From Mobula hypostoma (Eukaryota): 64,000 nucleotides of DNA. The DNA lies in assembly GCF_963921235.1 (NCBI RefSeq), contig NC_086108.1, forward strand, positions 98,086,001 to 98,150,000, written 5' to 3'. A program made the position numbers and the translations under genes. Of the stretch, positions 1 through 13,450 are shown piece by piece; position 1 is the first letter of the stretch, and the number at the start of each line of letters is the position of its first letter. The notes under the pieces are model-generated. The model had not been told where the DNA came from, ran no database searches, and worked only from the letters and a program-made list of their open reading frames with translations.

Positions 1-487
1 GGAGGTTCACCAGGTTGATTCCAGAGATGAAGGGGTTAACCTATGAGGAGAGATCGAGTCGCATGGGACTATACTCTCTGGAATTCAGAAGAATGAGAGG
101 GGATCTTATAGAAACATACAAAATTTTGAAAGGGATAGATACGATAGAAGTAGAAAAGTTGTTTGCATTGGTAGGTGAGACTAGAAATAGGGGACATTGC
201 CTCAAGATTCAGGGAAGATGATTTAGGACAGAAATGAGGAGAAACTGTTTTTCCCAGAGTGGTGAATCTGTGGAATTCTCTGCCCAGGGAAGCAGTTGAG
301 GCTTCTTCACTAAATATATTTAACATACAGTTAGATAGATTTTTACATAGATGGGGAATTAAGGGTTATGGGGAAAAGGCAGGTAGATGGAGCTGAGTTT
401 ATGGACAGACCAGCCATGATCTTATTGAATGGCAGGGCAGGCTCAATGGGCCGGATGGCCTACTCCTGCTCCTATTTCTTATGTTTA
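1..487 (+). mobile_element. CR1 LINE 3' end (ORF2 C-terminus plus 3' UTR), degenerate
   Basis: ORF 15-221 reads 'LYSLEFRRMRGDLIETYKIL', typical of the CR1 ORF2 C-terminus. It is followed by a CR1-type 3' hairpin and tail (ggcctactcctgctcctatttcttatg). Confidence 0.85.
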
Positions 488-998
488 AGTTGAGTGGTGC
501 TGCCAATGGCAAATGATTACAGAATGTGTGGCATCCTTACTGATGCCATGCCAGCATGGTGTCCAAACTTCTCCACAGTTGTAAAGGCAAATAATTGTAG
601 CACTATGTAACAACTAACTTTTAAAAGCAACAAATTCACACTATTATCCAAGTAGCTATGCAAAGAAATCAAACACACTAATTTTCAACCTCAATAATCT
701 AGAACACTACCCTGGGCAATCCCTGCTCATGTTCTAACCCCAAGATGAATCATCTCCAATGACTTCATTTTATGGATACAGCCTATAGCATCAAAATTAC
801 ATCATGAAAAATCAATACTGTTTTCCCAAATGTTATCCAAAAAAGTCAAATTTTAAAGAACTTAATGATATTCAGAGTAAAATTAAACTAATTAACATTA
901 ACTACTGATCTTTCTCAGTTACAAGACCACAGATTTAGTTCTTGGAAATAACCTCAAAACAAGAGTTCTTCTCAGCCAAGTGGAACACAAGTACTTAC

Positions 999-1167
999 CA
1001 GCCGCTTTGAGTATTTTTTCAGCAGCTGCCAGTTTCTGTTTCTTTATTGCAGCTTTGTTGATTTGTATCCCTTTCCTTTTCATGCCTCGTCCAAAATTTG
1101 ACGCAAACCCACCTCTGTTGTATGATTGATTATTCCCAGATCTTGAGTACATATCTACATCTGACAG
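999..1167 (-). CDS. ZNF326: ZNF326 (ZIRD, DBIRD complex subunit) coding exon 5 as detected; gene continues beyond window start
   Basis: Acceptor tacag| before 1167 and donor |GTAAGT at 998; phase 0 to 1. Encodes LSDVDMYSRSG...GRGMKRK...AIKKQKLA, matching the basic NLS-like RGxKRK...IKKxKLA segment of ZNF326. Confidence 0.85.
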
Positions 1168-4100
1168 CTGTAATGTATTTTAAAAGCAAGTATAAATTGT
1201 TACTACATTGGTCTCTAAAATATCTAGATTTTCTTCTACCTGCATCGTTAGGGCTTAATGTCAAAGCCCAAATCTAAAGTTAATATTCAAAAAGTTTCAG
1301 GCCACACACCGACAAACCTCATCTCACAGTAACGAAGTCAATGGGTTAATTTTTGCCTAATTTTTATAAATCAAATTTAGAACTGTTTACTACCAATTGT
1401 CTGGGATTCACCTACCTTCCCTGAACTGCAGAAGATCCAAGTCCTCATTTATTTTTGGAAAATCGCAGGCTCCTGCATCCCATACTTAAACTATTATGGA
1501 ATAAATACTGTTTTCTTCCATCTCCATGCTACACAATTACAACACTGATGTCTTAATTCGGTGAGCTGGTTTAAAATTTGCCAACCCAAAATTGGGACAA
1601 AAGACCATTTCACTGATTTTGAAATGAAAGATTCGAAGGCACTCCCCTTGTTCTACCATATTCTTCAATGCCTCTGAATCACTACAGAACTGGTGGTTAT
1701 TTTAATAAGTAATGAAGGCAACAACAGCTGCAATGGCTCCTGATCCATCAATTCCAAACAACAAAGCCGAGGAAAAATTGTGGGAATTTTAAAAAAGGAT
1801 GCACTTGAGATGTACCTCTGTATTTAAAGTCATCTGCATTCAAGAATTGTGCTTTTATCCCTAGAACAATTTTGAAGCAATGAAGAGAATCTGCAAAACT
1901 AATGCAGAAGTATTATCTTAATAAATTTTCCAAAAAAAGGAAAATTTCTACTGCACAATAAATATGAGCTTTTTTTGTATTGCAGCATTTGGACGATGCT
2001 TGGGAGTACAATTACAAACTCCACTGCAAACTTAAGCAAAAATCCTATCATCTTTAGTTTTCCCAATGCCACATCTCTGCTAGTGACAAACCACCTTTGG
2101 ATAGTTCCAGCTATAAGCTATTCAGAACAGGAAATTACTTGTTCCACTTTGCTTCAGGAAACCATCAGAGAGAAAGTGGGTAAAACAGGAATTAACAGCA
2201 ATGAAAATGTACTGAGTATTAGTTATAGAAACATGTACATGATTGTGTAGGATGGCACACTTTAATACATGATTAAAATAACCAATGTCTGCACCCATGT
2301 GAAAATTTTCAATGTCCTGAATTGCTAAAGATATTTTAAACTTCAAATGCCCCATTTTTTATGAATTACTGAGCACAGCCCTGTTAAGTCACATTAAAAT
2401 TATTTGATAAGGCTATCATTCCACAAGTATCAAGGAAAGTCTGAAAATGTTCCTTCAAAAATTCATAAGTTACGTGGAAGACTTTCTATCAATATCACCA
2501 GGGCTTCTAGTACATTTTGTAACGAAATATATTGGCTGCTTCATTGTTTGTCTGGCTCCAGTGGTAAACAATATAAAATTGTGCAGCTTCAAGTAGTAGA
2601 ATTTGCTACTGAGAAGGAATAAGCATTTAATGAATTAGATTCTTGTAACCAATGTTGTATCAACAGGAAGAGAAGTCTCCCTCAACTTTTAAAAAAACTA
2701 TTTCAAAGCCAAACTACTACTCAATGAAATTTGCCTACAGGTATTTCCGGCTCATCAATACTACCCAATTACATAAACCAAGTCTCTTCTGGGTTGAAAC
2801 AACGAGCCTTCCAGATCTGGAGAAAGAAAGACTGGCAATCACAGACCGCGAGTACATGCAAAGACTCCACTCAAGAAAACACAACCTGTTACATTGGATT
2901 GTAAGCATTTGGAATGTGGACACTTTTATTTGATCACCTACTTTCTCATCTTTAGAATCTAGATTCATTATAAATTCTGAGTAGTGGAATGGATATTCCA
3001 TCTGGGTATAAAATTAGTTTATCAAACTAGGCTGAGACTGCTCTAAGTAGTCAAAAGTGAACCATCAACATTTTGGCAAATTCATTTTCCAAGGGACAGC
3101 TTACTGAAGCAGAAATGTTACCTGTACAAAAGGTGCCCTTTGAACACAAGTAGACAAGACTAGATGTGATAGATGTTGCAGCAAAACCCACAAGTGGCCA
3201 AAATATTTGCAAAGAGTACAAAGGTGACTGAAAAGGGGCAATTTTCCTGCTAATTAGAACATAGCTTCACGGTGCAGCCAGAATGAGCACTGCATGAATA
3301 GTCTAATGTGTTAATCATAATTAAATAATGATACCACTGGAACAACATTCCACAACGCACCAAAAAGCCCCAGTTGAAATACAGAACTTCCCCAAAATTA
3401 CAAGTTTATATTGAGAATCTGCTCTCTATAGGACCCTTTCATTAAATAAATACATGAATCACAGACATGCCAAAATTGTATTAATTGCCCAAGATAACAG
3501 ATGTTCAAAGCATATTGCGTATATATTTAAACTCTTTAACAGTTAATGTGCTTCTGACAGTTTCCTCCCAAAGGTGTTGTCCCTAAATGTTTTTGTTTTG
3601 TAGAAAATTCCACTTTCAAGATCCAAATTCCTATCAGATCCAAGTGAATATAAAATGCAAAAGTGTACAAGATTAAACTGTTAAGTCAACTCAAATAGTC
3701 ATTAAAATAGTTATTTAAAACCAGCACACAGATTTTCCTTCACTGGCTTCAGGATGAGATTTCTCTCCTCACTCTAAGCAATTAGCTGTGAAATGAAAGT
3801 AAGTCAAAACAGTAACACTGAAGGAAAACAGGGTATCAAAGCACACCTTGTATTTTAACTTGCACACACAATGAACACAAGTTTTGTTTTTACCTTGAAA
3901 GTTAAGCAGCAAATTGAGTACAACACCAATAATTGACTTCGTCAAGAGGGCACATATTTTCTACAAGGTTTGGAGGCACCAGATTGCCTAATCTGAGCAG
4001 GCTCCTCCTGAGCAAATAAGGCTTGGTATCAGCACTTGGCCTTTTCATCGAGAGATAAGACATTAACAAGTCTTAAAAATTGTGCTGAACGCAGCACAAT

Positions 4101-4585
4101 TTTGAAAGGTGTCCGACCAAAAGCGGTGAATGGATGTAATAGCCAAAATCAATTATGTCCACCTGCAATCATGTCTTCTGATTCTCTGGTGAGAATGTTG
4201 GTGAGTTGGCACAGCAATACTTAAATTGCCTCACATATGCCAAGCTCTTTTCTTAATAGAGTTAAGTTGGAAGGAAAATTTAATAACTCAACTTTATCAG
4301 AACAGCACCTTGTAGTTGAATCATTTCAATCTTAAACCAAAATTTGAAGATGTTTGGGAAGGAAGAAACATTGAGCAGTTTCCCAGTTTTAAAAATGAGT
4401 GCAAATTTAACACCTATTAACAAAAGTTCACATGAATTTTAAACACCAACTATACTAAAGCAACCATTGTAGCTCATGTGGAACACTTATTTTCTCCCAC
4501 TAGCAAAATAATGCTAGTGATCAGAAATTGTATCCTTTTAAAAAAAGCTGACAAGGGAATAGAATCTCAAAGATTCTGTACTTAC

Positions 4586-5027
4586 TTCTCTGCCTCGACC
4601 TCTGCCTCCTCCTTGTCCTCCCATCATCGAAAAGGATCCGCCTCCATATTCGTTGCCAGAATAACCAAGCATTCCCCTCCCCCGAGAGCCTACAGATGAA
4701 GGCTTCGAAAGGAGTGAAGAAAAGCTGTTGTAGGAAGAGTAACTTCCTCTTCCCGTATCCGACTCAGCCCACACCCTAGGCATTGAACTTGAATGTGTGT
4801 AGGTGTCATCCCAGTTAGACCTGCCATTATCATATAATCGGCTCTGGCTTCTACCTTCATAAGGGTCAAGGTATTGATCACCGAAATTCCTGTAGGAGCT
4901 CTCGGATCGATCAGGATAGCTATCCCCAAAGCGACTTCGTCCTGGTTCATGTAAATCGTAGCCAGATCTATACAGATCACGGCCATCCAGAGCAGACCTG
5001 GAGTCATGCGACTCATAAGGTCCAAAC
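4586..5027 (-). CDS. ZNF326: ZNF326 coding exon 4 (RFGPYES...GRGRGR low-complexity region)
   Basis: Acceptor ttccag| before 5027 and donor |GTAAGT at 4585; 442 nt, phase 2 to 0. RFGPYESHDSRSALDGRDLYRSGY...YSSYNSFSS...VGSRGRG closely resembles vertebrate ZNF326, and the position downstream of LRRC8D fits. Confidence 0.92.
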
Positions 5028-7141
5028 CTGGAAAAGTTGCACAGTAAGGAAACCGGTAAAGTTACCAGTGACATACAGTATAATAAAACCAGAACAAAAC
5101 ACTATTACCTGCTAAAAAGGGTTCAAATATTCATTCCCTTTTTCGTAGGTATATTCTTGTTTATGTATGTATAAATTATATACAGCATTAGTTAAATTAA
5201 ATGTATTTTGAAAATAAGTTTTCAAACTCAAGAAAAAGATGTTACTTTGCCATTAGTGATTTGAGAATAAGGTTACAATTTTATAAATTACTGGCAAAGA
5301 GACAAGAATTACAACATTCTGCATAAATGAGTTACTTTGGATTGAAATTACCAATGAATAAATAGTGCAGCCAATATTCAAATTCAAAGTAGACTACTTC
5401 ATGGAAGTTGTCACTTTCCTATCATAAGTTACGAGAGTGAAAACTTATTTACAGTATGTTAAAGCATTTCACTAAAATATTAAACCCTACCTAGAATATG
5501 AAAGCAGTTTTAGTTAGCAATAATAAGCAGCCAACTTTAACAATTGTCTGAGCTACTTATACAAATTATGCAAATTATTAGTTAACTAAATTGTTATTTT
5601 TTTTTAAAGATTTGCATCTTTTAATTGTATCTAGAGAGCGTTTTTCTTTTTATCTTGTAGTAGCAATGTTAAACCAATTAGCTTTCATATCCACAGCCTC
5701 TTAGCATGGAGATTTCCAACAGCTTGGAAGCTGACGGGGGATGGGTCTCCATAATCATCAGTATGCTTACATGCAATAGAAATTCAATTTTTTTTAAATA
5801 ACTGAAGAGTAGACACTACCATCTGTTTAGACAACTCAGATTTCTGCCCAGTATCTTCTGAACTGAAGTTGTACGGCATTTTTTGCACCTGGTGTAGATG
5901 CAGCAGTTGAACATCCCCAAGCATAATTATGCTCTGAGATACCCATTTCTGCCCTAGATTCAAGTAAATTCAATTATAACAGTCAAGCTCCGCCCAAGCT
6001 CCGTTCAAAAAGGAATTTTGAACATTTATAATTCCTTTAACATGTAAGCATACAAATTATGACATACATCCTACATAAAACTGCAAATACTAATGGCTAT
6101 TACAGCCATAGTACTAGAATAAGGCTCTCAACATTCAGATGGGATTTAAGAATCAATAAACCAAAACAAAGTGGGAATTTGTACTATCTAATATGCTCTC
6201 AATTCAAACAACAATGTTTGGTAATCTCTACAATCCCCTGACTGAACAAACCCCTTTCCAGTATTAGTATATAACATTAAAAACTATTTCCACAATTTTC
6301 TTTTTGTCAGAATGATTATTAAATGACTAATGTTTTCAGAATTCTTGTGTGATGTGGTTTTGTGTCTATTAGAAACAAATTTAAAGGAATAAACCAATTT
6401 TTTTTTTGTCACCAGGTTGAGTTATATTTGGGACTGATTTCCACTGATGAACTTTTAAAGTTCCCAGTGTTTAGAAATCTTAAACTGCAATTGCCATGAA
6501 GGATTGAGCACAACCAAACCTTTTGGCTCACTAGGTGAAAAGCAATACTTGGGAATAGGTATAAATACTTAATTCAAAATGTTTGAGTCAGATGTCTATA
6601 TGGAACAGTCCACAAATTAAAAAGGCTTTTCTCACAATAGCCTTTTTAATAATGCATTTTTAAAGCTCCTTAGAAGATTTTGTTATTTAACTTGTTAAAT
6701 TTACCACTCAATGCCCATCCCACCTCCCAATGCAAAAGAAAATGTTCATCTTCTACACTAAAACACATCCAATTCTGGTGAGATTTTGTGCCTGCCTCTA
6801 CCGGGGTTTTACCTAAAGAGGACAATCATTCAAAGCTCGGGGAGAGAGAAATGATTATAGTTGTGTTTTTGTTTCAAGCTATACTGCACAAATAAAATTT
6901 CAACAGGTTTAATTAGCAGCTTTGGTGCAGATCAAGTATTAATTAGCAATAGAAAGCAGGCCAACACAATTTGACTCAGGATTTCAAATTTCATAACTCG
7001 GCAGTATTATTTCAAGATAACCTGCCTGGTTATGTTAAGATATTATCACTGGTACTGACACATTAATTCATAAGCAGAATGCTATAAAGACTAGAAACAA
7101 GTCTAAATATAGAAAGTGAGTTACTAGCTTATTTCACCTAC

Positions 7142-7223
7142 CTCTCATTCCTATTAGAATAGGATTCCTGGTAAGACCTGGAGCTCCCGTAAGAGCTTCG
7201 ATCGTAGTCACCACTCATCATAC
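7142..7223 (-). CDS. ZNF326: ZNF326 coding exon 3
   Basis: Acceptor ttttcctccattaaag| and donor |GTAGGT; 82 nt, phase 1 to 2, which joins exon 4 in frame (AG+G = Arg). Encodes (G)MMSGDYDRSSYGSSRSYQESYSNRNE(R). Confidence 0.8.
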
Positions 7224-8934
7224 CTTTAATGGAGGAAAAGAAAGTTACCTTTCAGCTGAACTCTCAGATAAATGAATGCTCACATTCAATAATTATTGAA
7301 GAATTTATCGAACCATCATTCACTGGTAGCATTCAAAGATAAATGACAGCAGGCAGGTGTATGCTTGGCATTAAGCCAGAAGGGAGACAAAATGATCTAA
7401 GTGCATGCAACTAACCGACAGGGAGAGCTAGATTGGCCGAATGTACATTTCCCATTTCCATTTTCTCTGTATTAAAGCTTAAGTATTCATCTTCACTCTC
7501 CCATCTTGTTAGTTCTGTGAGTAAATATAGAACAAAAGGCAGTACTTGGTCATACAGGTAAGTCCAACATCTGTTCTCAATTTGAGACAGATTGGTAGTG
7601 CGTGGGAATAATAGATCCACCAATTTACACAAACACTAAGCATAAGAGGATGTGTTGTGCTGCCACGTGGTCAGATTTCATTGCTCATTTGTGAAGGTAC
7701 AAATGGAACAGTCACAAATTCTGACCCACAGAACACCAGTTTGAAAAATAAGGTCAAAAAGAAACAAGCATACCCAAAACTCAGGCAATTATTAACAATG
7801 GAAGTTCATTGTGAAATACGGATACTGCAACAAAAGCTGCAGGCCTACAGTGGAGACCTAGTCAAAATTGTAGCTTTCTCCTTTCTCAGGCTGAGAATAT
7901 ACACCGACACATTTGCAACTGCTAATTGCTTACATCACTCATGTAGCAATACACAGTTCCTAACCTCTATGCCCTACAAATTAAGACATGTACTTTTTCC
8001 TTGGTGGATTCATTTAAGTGTCATACAACTGAAATATGTAAGAAATGACATTTTGCCTTCCTTGGCAGGTATTAATTCCCCTAAAGACTCTGCTCCAACT
8101 ACTTGGTTTATCAAAATTTCACCCACTCAACCATCATTTAACAGATTTAACAGTAAATTATTGCTTACACTTTTCATAACAGGAATTTATCTTGCTACTA
8201 AAGAGCGAGTTAGGGATTTAGAAATATCACTTGCCCAATTCAAAAAGATAGCAATGAAGGCAGAGGTACAGTAGTAAAAAAACACAAGAGATTCTACAAA
8301 TGCTGGAAATACAGAGCAATAAACAAAATGCTGGAGGAACTCAGTAAGTCAGGCTGAGTACTGTATTGCAGTTAGCAGTGAGAAAATATTAATTCAATGC
8401 TACAGGACAACTTTCAAAGTTTCAGATTGTAACAAGATTGGATAATTAAGAATCCCAAGAATATTTTAAGATATTACTTTCAGCAGTCTTCTGCCAAGAG
8501 ATGTGCTCAAATTGATATTTGGTTATGATGTACTTTATTGTGTCAACTTCATTAGCAGATTTTCCACTCTCAAATTCTAGGTGATATTCTATCAGCAATT
8601 CAAACTAAATGAGTCTGTAATTAGATTAGAGAGCAGATGCTAGTAGCTTGAGCTCTATTTTTTTAAAATAGAAACAATAAAGTGCAAATTATTTGGCAAG
8701 CTACCAATGACAAGCATCTCAAATCACAAGTGCAAAATTATATTATTTTATAAACAAAAAGGCTGATTCAGAAATTAGACGTCAATTACTAATCATAAGA
8801 AAAGTCTTTTTTTTAAAAACAAGAACCCTAAAAGTTCAAAAGTACGATGATATGTAAGTAGAGGAGGGACGATCAGGAATTTTGGCCAACAAAATTCTTT
8901 CAGGACTGAACAGGATGAATGCGTACGAGATGGA

Positions 8935-9180
8935 ACAGCAAAGTAGAGTAGTGGTTAGCACAATGTTTGACAGTACCAGTGGCCCAGGTTCAATTCTTGC
9001 TGCTGCTATGTTCTCTCCGTGGGTTTCTTCCGGTCTCCAGTCCAAAAACATACTGGTTGGTAGGTTAATTGGACACTAAATTATCCTGTGAGTAGGCTAG
9101 GATTAAACCAGAGGATCGCTGGGTGGTGTTGTTCAAAGGGCTGGAAAGGTCTATTCCACGCTGCTTGCATCTCAATAAAG
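8935..9180 (+). mobile_element. tRNA-derived V-SINE
   Basis: Degenerate A/B boxes (gtagtggttagc...ggttcaattc), V-domain (tgttctctccgtgggtttcttccgg...ggtaggttaattgg) and an A-rich end. Confidence 0.7.
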
Positions 9181-9533
9181 AAAACAAGCCCCATTCCTCC
9201 TCGCCACCGACACGCTCTAACCCCAAGACAGTCCATATTCTTCAGCCTCCAGAGTGACTCAGACGCCCTGAAATTGGGCTTTCAACTAACCCGACAGCCA
9301 TTGGTGTACAAGAACGGCAGATCACTTAAAATGACTGCCATCATACTTAACAGGTAACGTTATAATGTAACAGACTAATTTTTTAAATTTCAAACATCCA
9401 ATCAATTTTACTTATTAAATAAATATCAAGGCAGCTGTGGCAACACAGGTGTTCTTGTCGGTAAAGATAATGCACAAATCAAGATAATTTCCAGTGCTAC
9501 TCCTATTGATGCCACTTAGCCATCAGATCCCAC

Positions 9534-9599
9534 CTGATTTCCAGTTATCCCGGCTGTTCCAATTGCTGCTGGTGCCACTGTTGAACCATTCTGATCCAC
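9534..9599 (-). CDS. ZNF326: Probable ZNF326 coding exon 2
   Basis: Acceptor ttttctttgatggcag| and donor CAG|GTGGGA; 66 nt, phase 1 to 1, compatible with both neighbours. Encodes (G)GSEWFNSGTSSNWNSRDNWKS(G). Confidence 0.65.
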
Positions 9600-9753
9600 C
9601 TGCCATCAAAGAAAATACAAATAATTGTATTGCCAAATTTAAGGTATGATGATTTCTCTATTTATAGAAAGGAAGAGATCCTGGTTTACGCTTCTCTAAG
9701 CAAAGCACTGTGAACTAAAAAGGCTACACAACATGCAATACAGACTGTTTCTA

Positions 9754-9822
9754 CAGTACTGTGCAAAAGTCTTAGGCAAATATATGTAAAACAAGGGTGC
9801 CAATGACTTTTGTACTGGACTG
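9754..9822. mobile_element. 69-bp Tc1/mariner-type MITE
   Basis: TA-flanked; CAGTACTGTGCAAAAGTCTTAGGCA on the left and its imperfect reverse complement tgccaatgacttttgtactggactg on the right. Confidence 0.7.
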
Positions 9823-10609
9823 TATTTGTTAACATGGAACAGATAGTGAACTTGTAAATCGGGTGAGAACAAAGGAAGTTGGGAATAGTGAAGGTGGAGC
9901 ACCTTGGGAGTGGTGTGGTATAGGTGGCAGAGAAGACATGCCGGGGCAGGAGATGACGTGGGTGCAGACACACCCAGCCCTGAGACAATAAGTTCTTCCT
10001 GCTCCCTTCACTCTCCCTTCCACCTTTTCCCCAACTGTGATTCCACTCTCAGTCCAGAATAGAGACCCATATCAGAATCAGGTTTATCATCACGTCATGA
10101 AATGTGTTTTCTTTTGCAGTAGTACAGTGCAATACATAAAATTACTACAGTACTATATGTGACAACCCATGCATTCTTTGTAATACTTAAAATCTGCAAG
10201 TGATGAATTGCTATAAATTCAATTGAAATGCTCAAAAAGGTATCGGCTGGCATTGTAGATGAGATCACCTGCCTTGTTTCATCATGTTCCAATGTAGCTC
10301 CTGACCTATCCTGCGTTTGAAGTGTACAAACGCAAGTTAGTTGTTTGAGGAGGGAAAATAGACAAGGCAACCAAAGTTCTCTCTGAATTACCATATTAGA
10401 ATGCTCTGTCCAATTCCAACTCTCTCCAGTGTTCTCAGCTCAAAAAGGACAAGCAGCACAATAAAGCTTGCATTTTCATGCCTTAAAAAAAACCCTTTAT
10501 TTACCCATGAAATTTAGAGCTGGTTATTTATCCATTGAAACGTTACTTCTGATAGCTTATTCATGATGTGTACCCATTACCCAAATCCCTGACAAGTGAC
10601 TGATTTTTA

Positions 10610-12257
10610 CTGTAAATTCTGGTGTATGAGCCAAGAATATTGCCCTAAATTTTAGTCCTAAAATTAGGGGGTCAGCTTATACAGAGGGTGCCAACTTTGG
10701 AAAAACGAATACACAGAAGACAGGTTGTATTTATTGGCTGTTTTTGAGTGAAGTACAAAATAAAATACTAATGGTTATGAAATCTACACAAAAGGAAAGA
10801 TCTACAAAACACATTCTGTTTCTCAATTTACTTGTACACACTGCTGTCGTCAAACATTCAGAGCTTGAAACTCTCACACTCTTCATTATCTGACTCTCCG
10901 GGAATCTAGTGGCTGGAGCACAGACGTCAAACCACTGGGGATGACTGCAATGTCCGTATTTTCAGCTTTCAGTGCTGCTTTTGTCTCATCTGATAAGTGC
11001 GCTTTGAACATGTCCCAGAGAAGTAGCGACATTTCCTTGCTGAAACCTTCGGGACGTCGATGCCACACCTCTTTAACCCACTTCAAGCAACCCTCTTCGT
11101 CCATCCAGCCGCGTTCTTGAAAGTAAACAACACTCCGTGGGAATTTTTCTTTCTTTGGGAATGTTTTCCTCTTAAAAATCACCATCGGTGGTAGTTTGGT
11201 CCCATCAGCCATACATGTCAACACGACAGTAAAATGTTGCTTCTTGTGTCCAGTTGTTTTGACAAGGACAGTTTTCTCCCCCTTCTTATTGACAGTGTGG
11301 TTGCCAGCAAAACCAAAGAACATTGGTGTCTCGTCCATGTTACCAATCAGTGAGAGCGGGTAAGAATGTGCCTCTCGATGCTTGATCACAAACTATTGGA
11401 AGGCCATAATCTTATTCTCAAGGTCGCTCGGCAACTTCTGAGCAATCTTTATTTGTCTCAACACAAGATCACGTCTATTCATAAATCGGGTACACCAACT
11501 TCACGTAGCTTTGAAATTTTCGCTGACCTCACTGTATTTTTCGGCCCATTTCAACGCTTGAACTTGAATCATTTCTCTGGTAACAATGTATCCAGACGAT
11601 TGCTGGTGATTCACCCACTCAAACTTTTCCTTCCAGTTCTGGCCACTGGCATGTTTTCCCGTGGTTTCAACATTTCGTCTTTGGCATTTCCCTCAGCGTG
11701 TCCTCTGCCTTTCTCCACCTCTCACTTGTTTCTCGTTTACACTAAACTTCTTAGCAGCTGCAGAATTATTTGTTCCTTTAGTAAAATCAACAACCTTCAG
11801 CTTGAAGCCAGCATCATATCGCATTTGTTTTAATCTTTTGTACATGGTGGTCGCAAGCTCAATACTGAGTACACGTACTGATCCCGCCACCCCATGTTAT
11901 GTTTTAACAAGATTACGATGGGTGCTAAATGGTTTCATAGGGTTTACATTTCAGAGGATTCTTTACCATTGGGAACCTAATCCAAAACTTCCCTCCCTGA
12001 TTTATTTATTAAGAATTTGCTTATAATGCTCTACAATGTGTAGGCCTATTTTCTTAGCAGGTACTGGTTCACAAAATTTCCAGGTTCCAGAACTGGCAAA
12101 GCTGAGTACCGACATGTGAGCTCTTGTGATCTTTTCTGGTTAAATCAAAAACCTCTACAAAAGGGGTCAGCTTATACAAAGGTAACATGAAAAAGTCACT
12201 TTTTTAACCTTGAAAATGGGGGGGGGGGGGGTTCGGCTTATACACTGGAATTTACCG
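10610..12257 (-). mobile_element. pogo-family DNA transposon with a broken transposase (Brinker-like DBD, CENP-B HTH, DDE_1)
   Basis: TIRs CTGTAAATTCTGGTGTATGAGCC and ggcttatacactggaatttaccg, with TA on both flanks. ORF pieces read RYDAGFKLKVV... and IGNMDETP...GTKLPPMVIFK...GWMD...LQPLD; frameshifted and truncated. Confidence 0.9.
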
Positions 12258-12954
12258 TAATCCCCCAATGACAACTTCTGAAATCAAGCTGAATTTCTGT
12301 TTGTGGTTTTGTTACACTTCATCACTATAACTGCACCCTACTCAAAACAAATTTTCCACACCCTAGCTTCAGCTACTTAAAGGAAGTGTTTGGGAAAGTT
12401 ATTTAAAATACTCAATAAGCAACACCTTATTGTGCTTCTTTCCAATACATTGTTGTTCAACAATAAGATTGAAACTACAAGATGTCAGCCAAGAAATTTA
12501 ACAGACCAGAATCTATTGATGGTTTGTGGACTACCGTACTATCATTCTGTGCATTTATACAAATCAACAATTTAAAAAGTTAATTTGCCTACTTAAATAC
12601 TAAAACAATGATATACAGATATACAGTCACAATGAAAGCAAGAACGTCAAGAAAGCTTAAACACTGACAATATGGAGAATCTAGCAAGTTTGAGTAGAAT
12701 GCCAAGTAATAGAGAGCAGCAGCACTTCCAATCACATTCTCCACTGCAACAAGCATAGAAAAGTACAGTATAGCATCTGAACAGATGTTTCCAATAACGA
12801 AGCAGACTCTTCTGCCAGCTTGTGAGCCATAGCCCTCCATATTGAGACCATCAGAAATGTTTCTATCACAGGCAGCATTTTCTAGTGTAGATGAAATATG
12901 TCTTGAAGAACTTTTAATTTTCTCTCACCTTAAAAGTATGTTATCCAGCTTTTA

Positions 12955-13450
12955 AGCATTTGTACCCTGGGAAGACCCTGACCATCTACTGTATCTATAC
13001 CTCTCACAATCTGTTTTATATAAACTTCTCAGTTCTACCCTCAGCCTCCAATGCTCGACAGCAAACAACTGGTATGCCCAGCTTTTCGTTGCTCACACAC
13101 TTCAATCCTCTTCTGTTCTTCTTTTGTATTATTTATTTATTTTTGTGACTATGCCGTGCACAGTACTGTTGCCACAAAACAAATTTAACATTTGCTGATA
13201 ATAATCAATCTGATTCTGATGTACCTCTTCCAAGGCCACATCATCCTTTCTGTAAGGGGCAACCAGGACTCTACACAATACACCAAATGTGCTCTAACCA
13301 GTTACAGAGCTGCAACACTATTTCCTTGCTTGAATACCCAATGCCTTCACCAATGAAGACAAGTCAAACACCTTGTTTAACACATCTACTTTCAGGAAGC
13401 TATGTATTTGGACCCCAAGATCCAAAATGAAGTTCTTTGCAGAACATACT
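12955..13450 (-). mobile_element. Degenerate CR1 fragment interrupted by a Rex/Babar-like 3' tail (about 13110-13222)
   Basis: CR1-like antisense phrases (acacaatacaccaaatgtgctctaacca; ggaccccaagatcc) and a tail ending in aatctgattctgat. Confidence 0.55.

Noticed and set aside
5680..5780. Possible intronic C/D snoRNA (minus-strand CTGATGA) or extra exon (GTAAGC donor)
   Set aside because: No D box with a terminal stem and no convincing acceptor found.
7657..8274. 205-aa plus-strand ORF
   Set aside because: Starts at GTG, has no recognisable motif or splice context, and is antisense within a ZNF326 intron.
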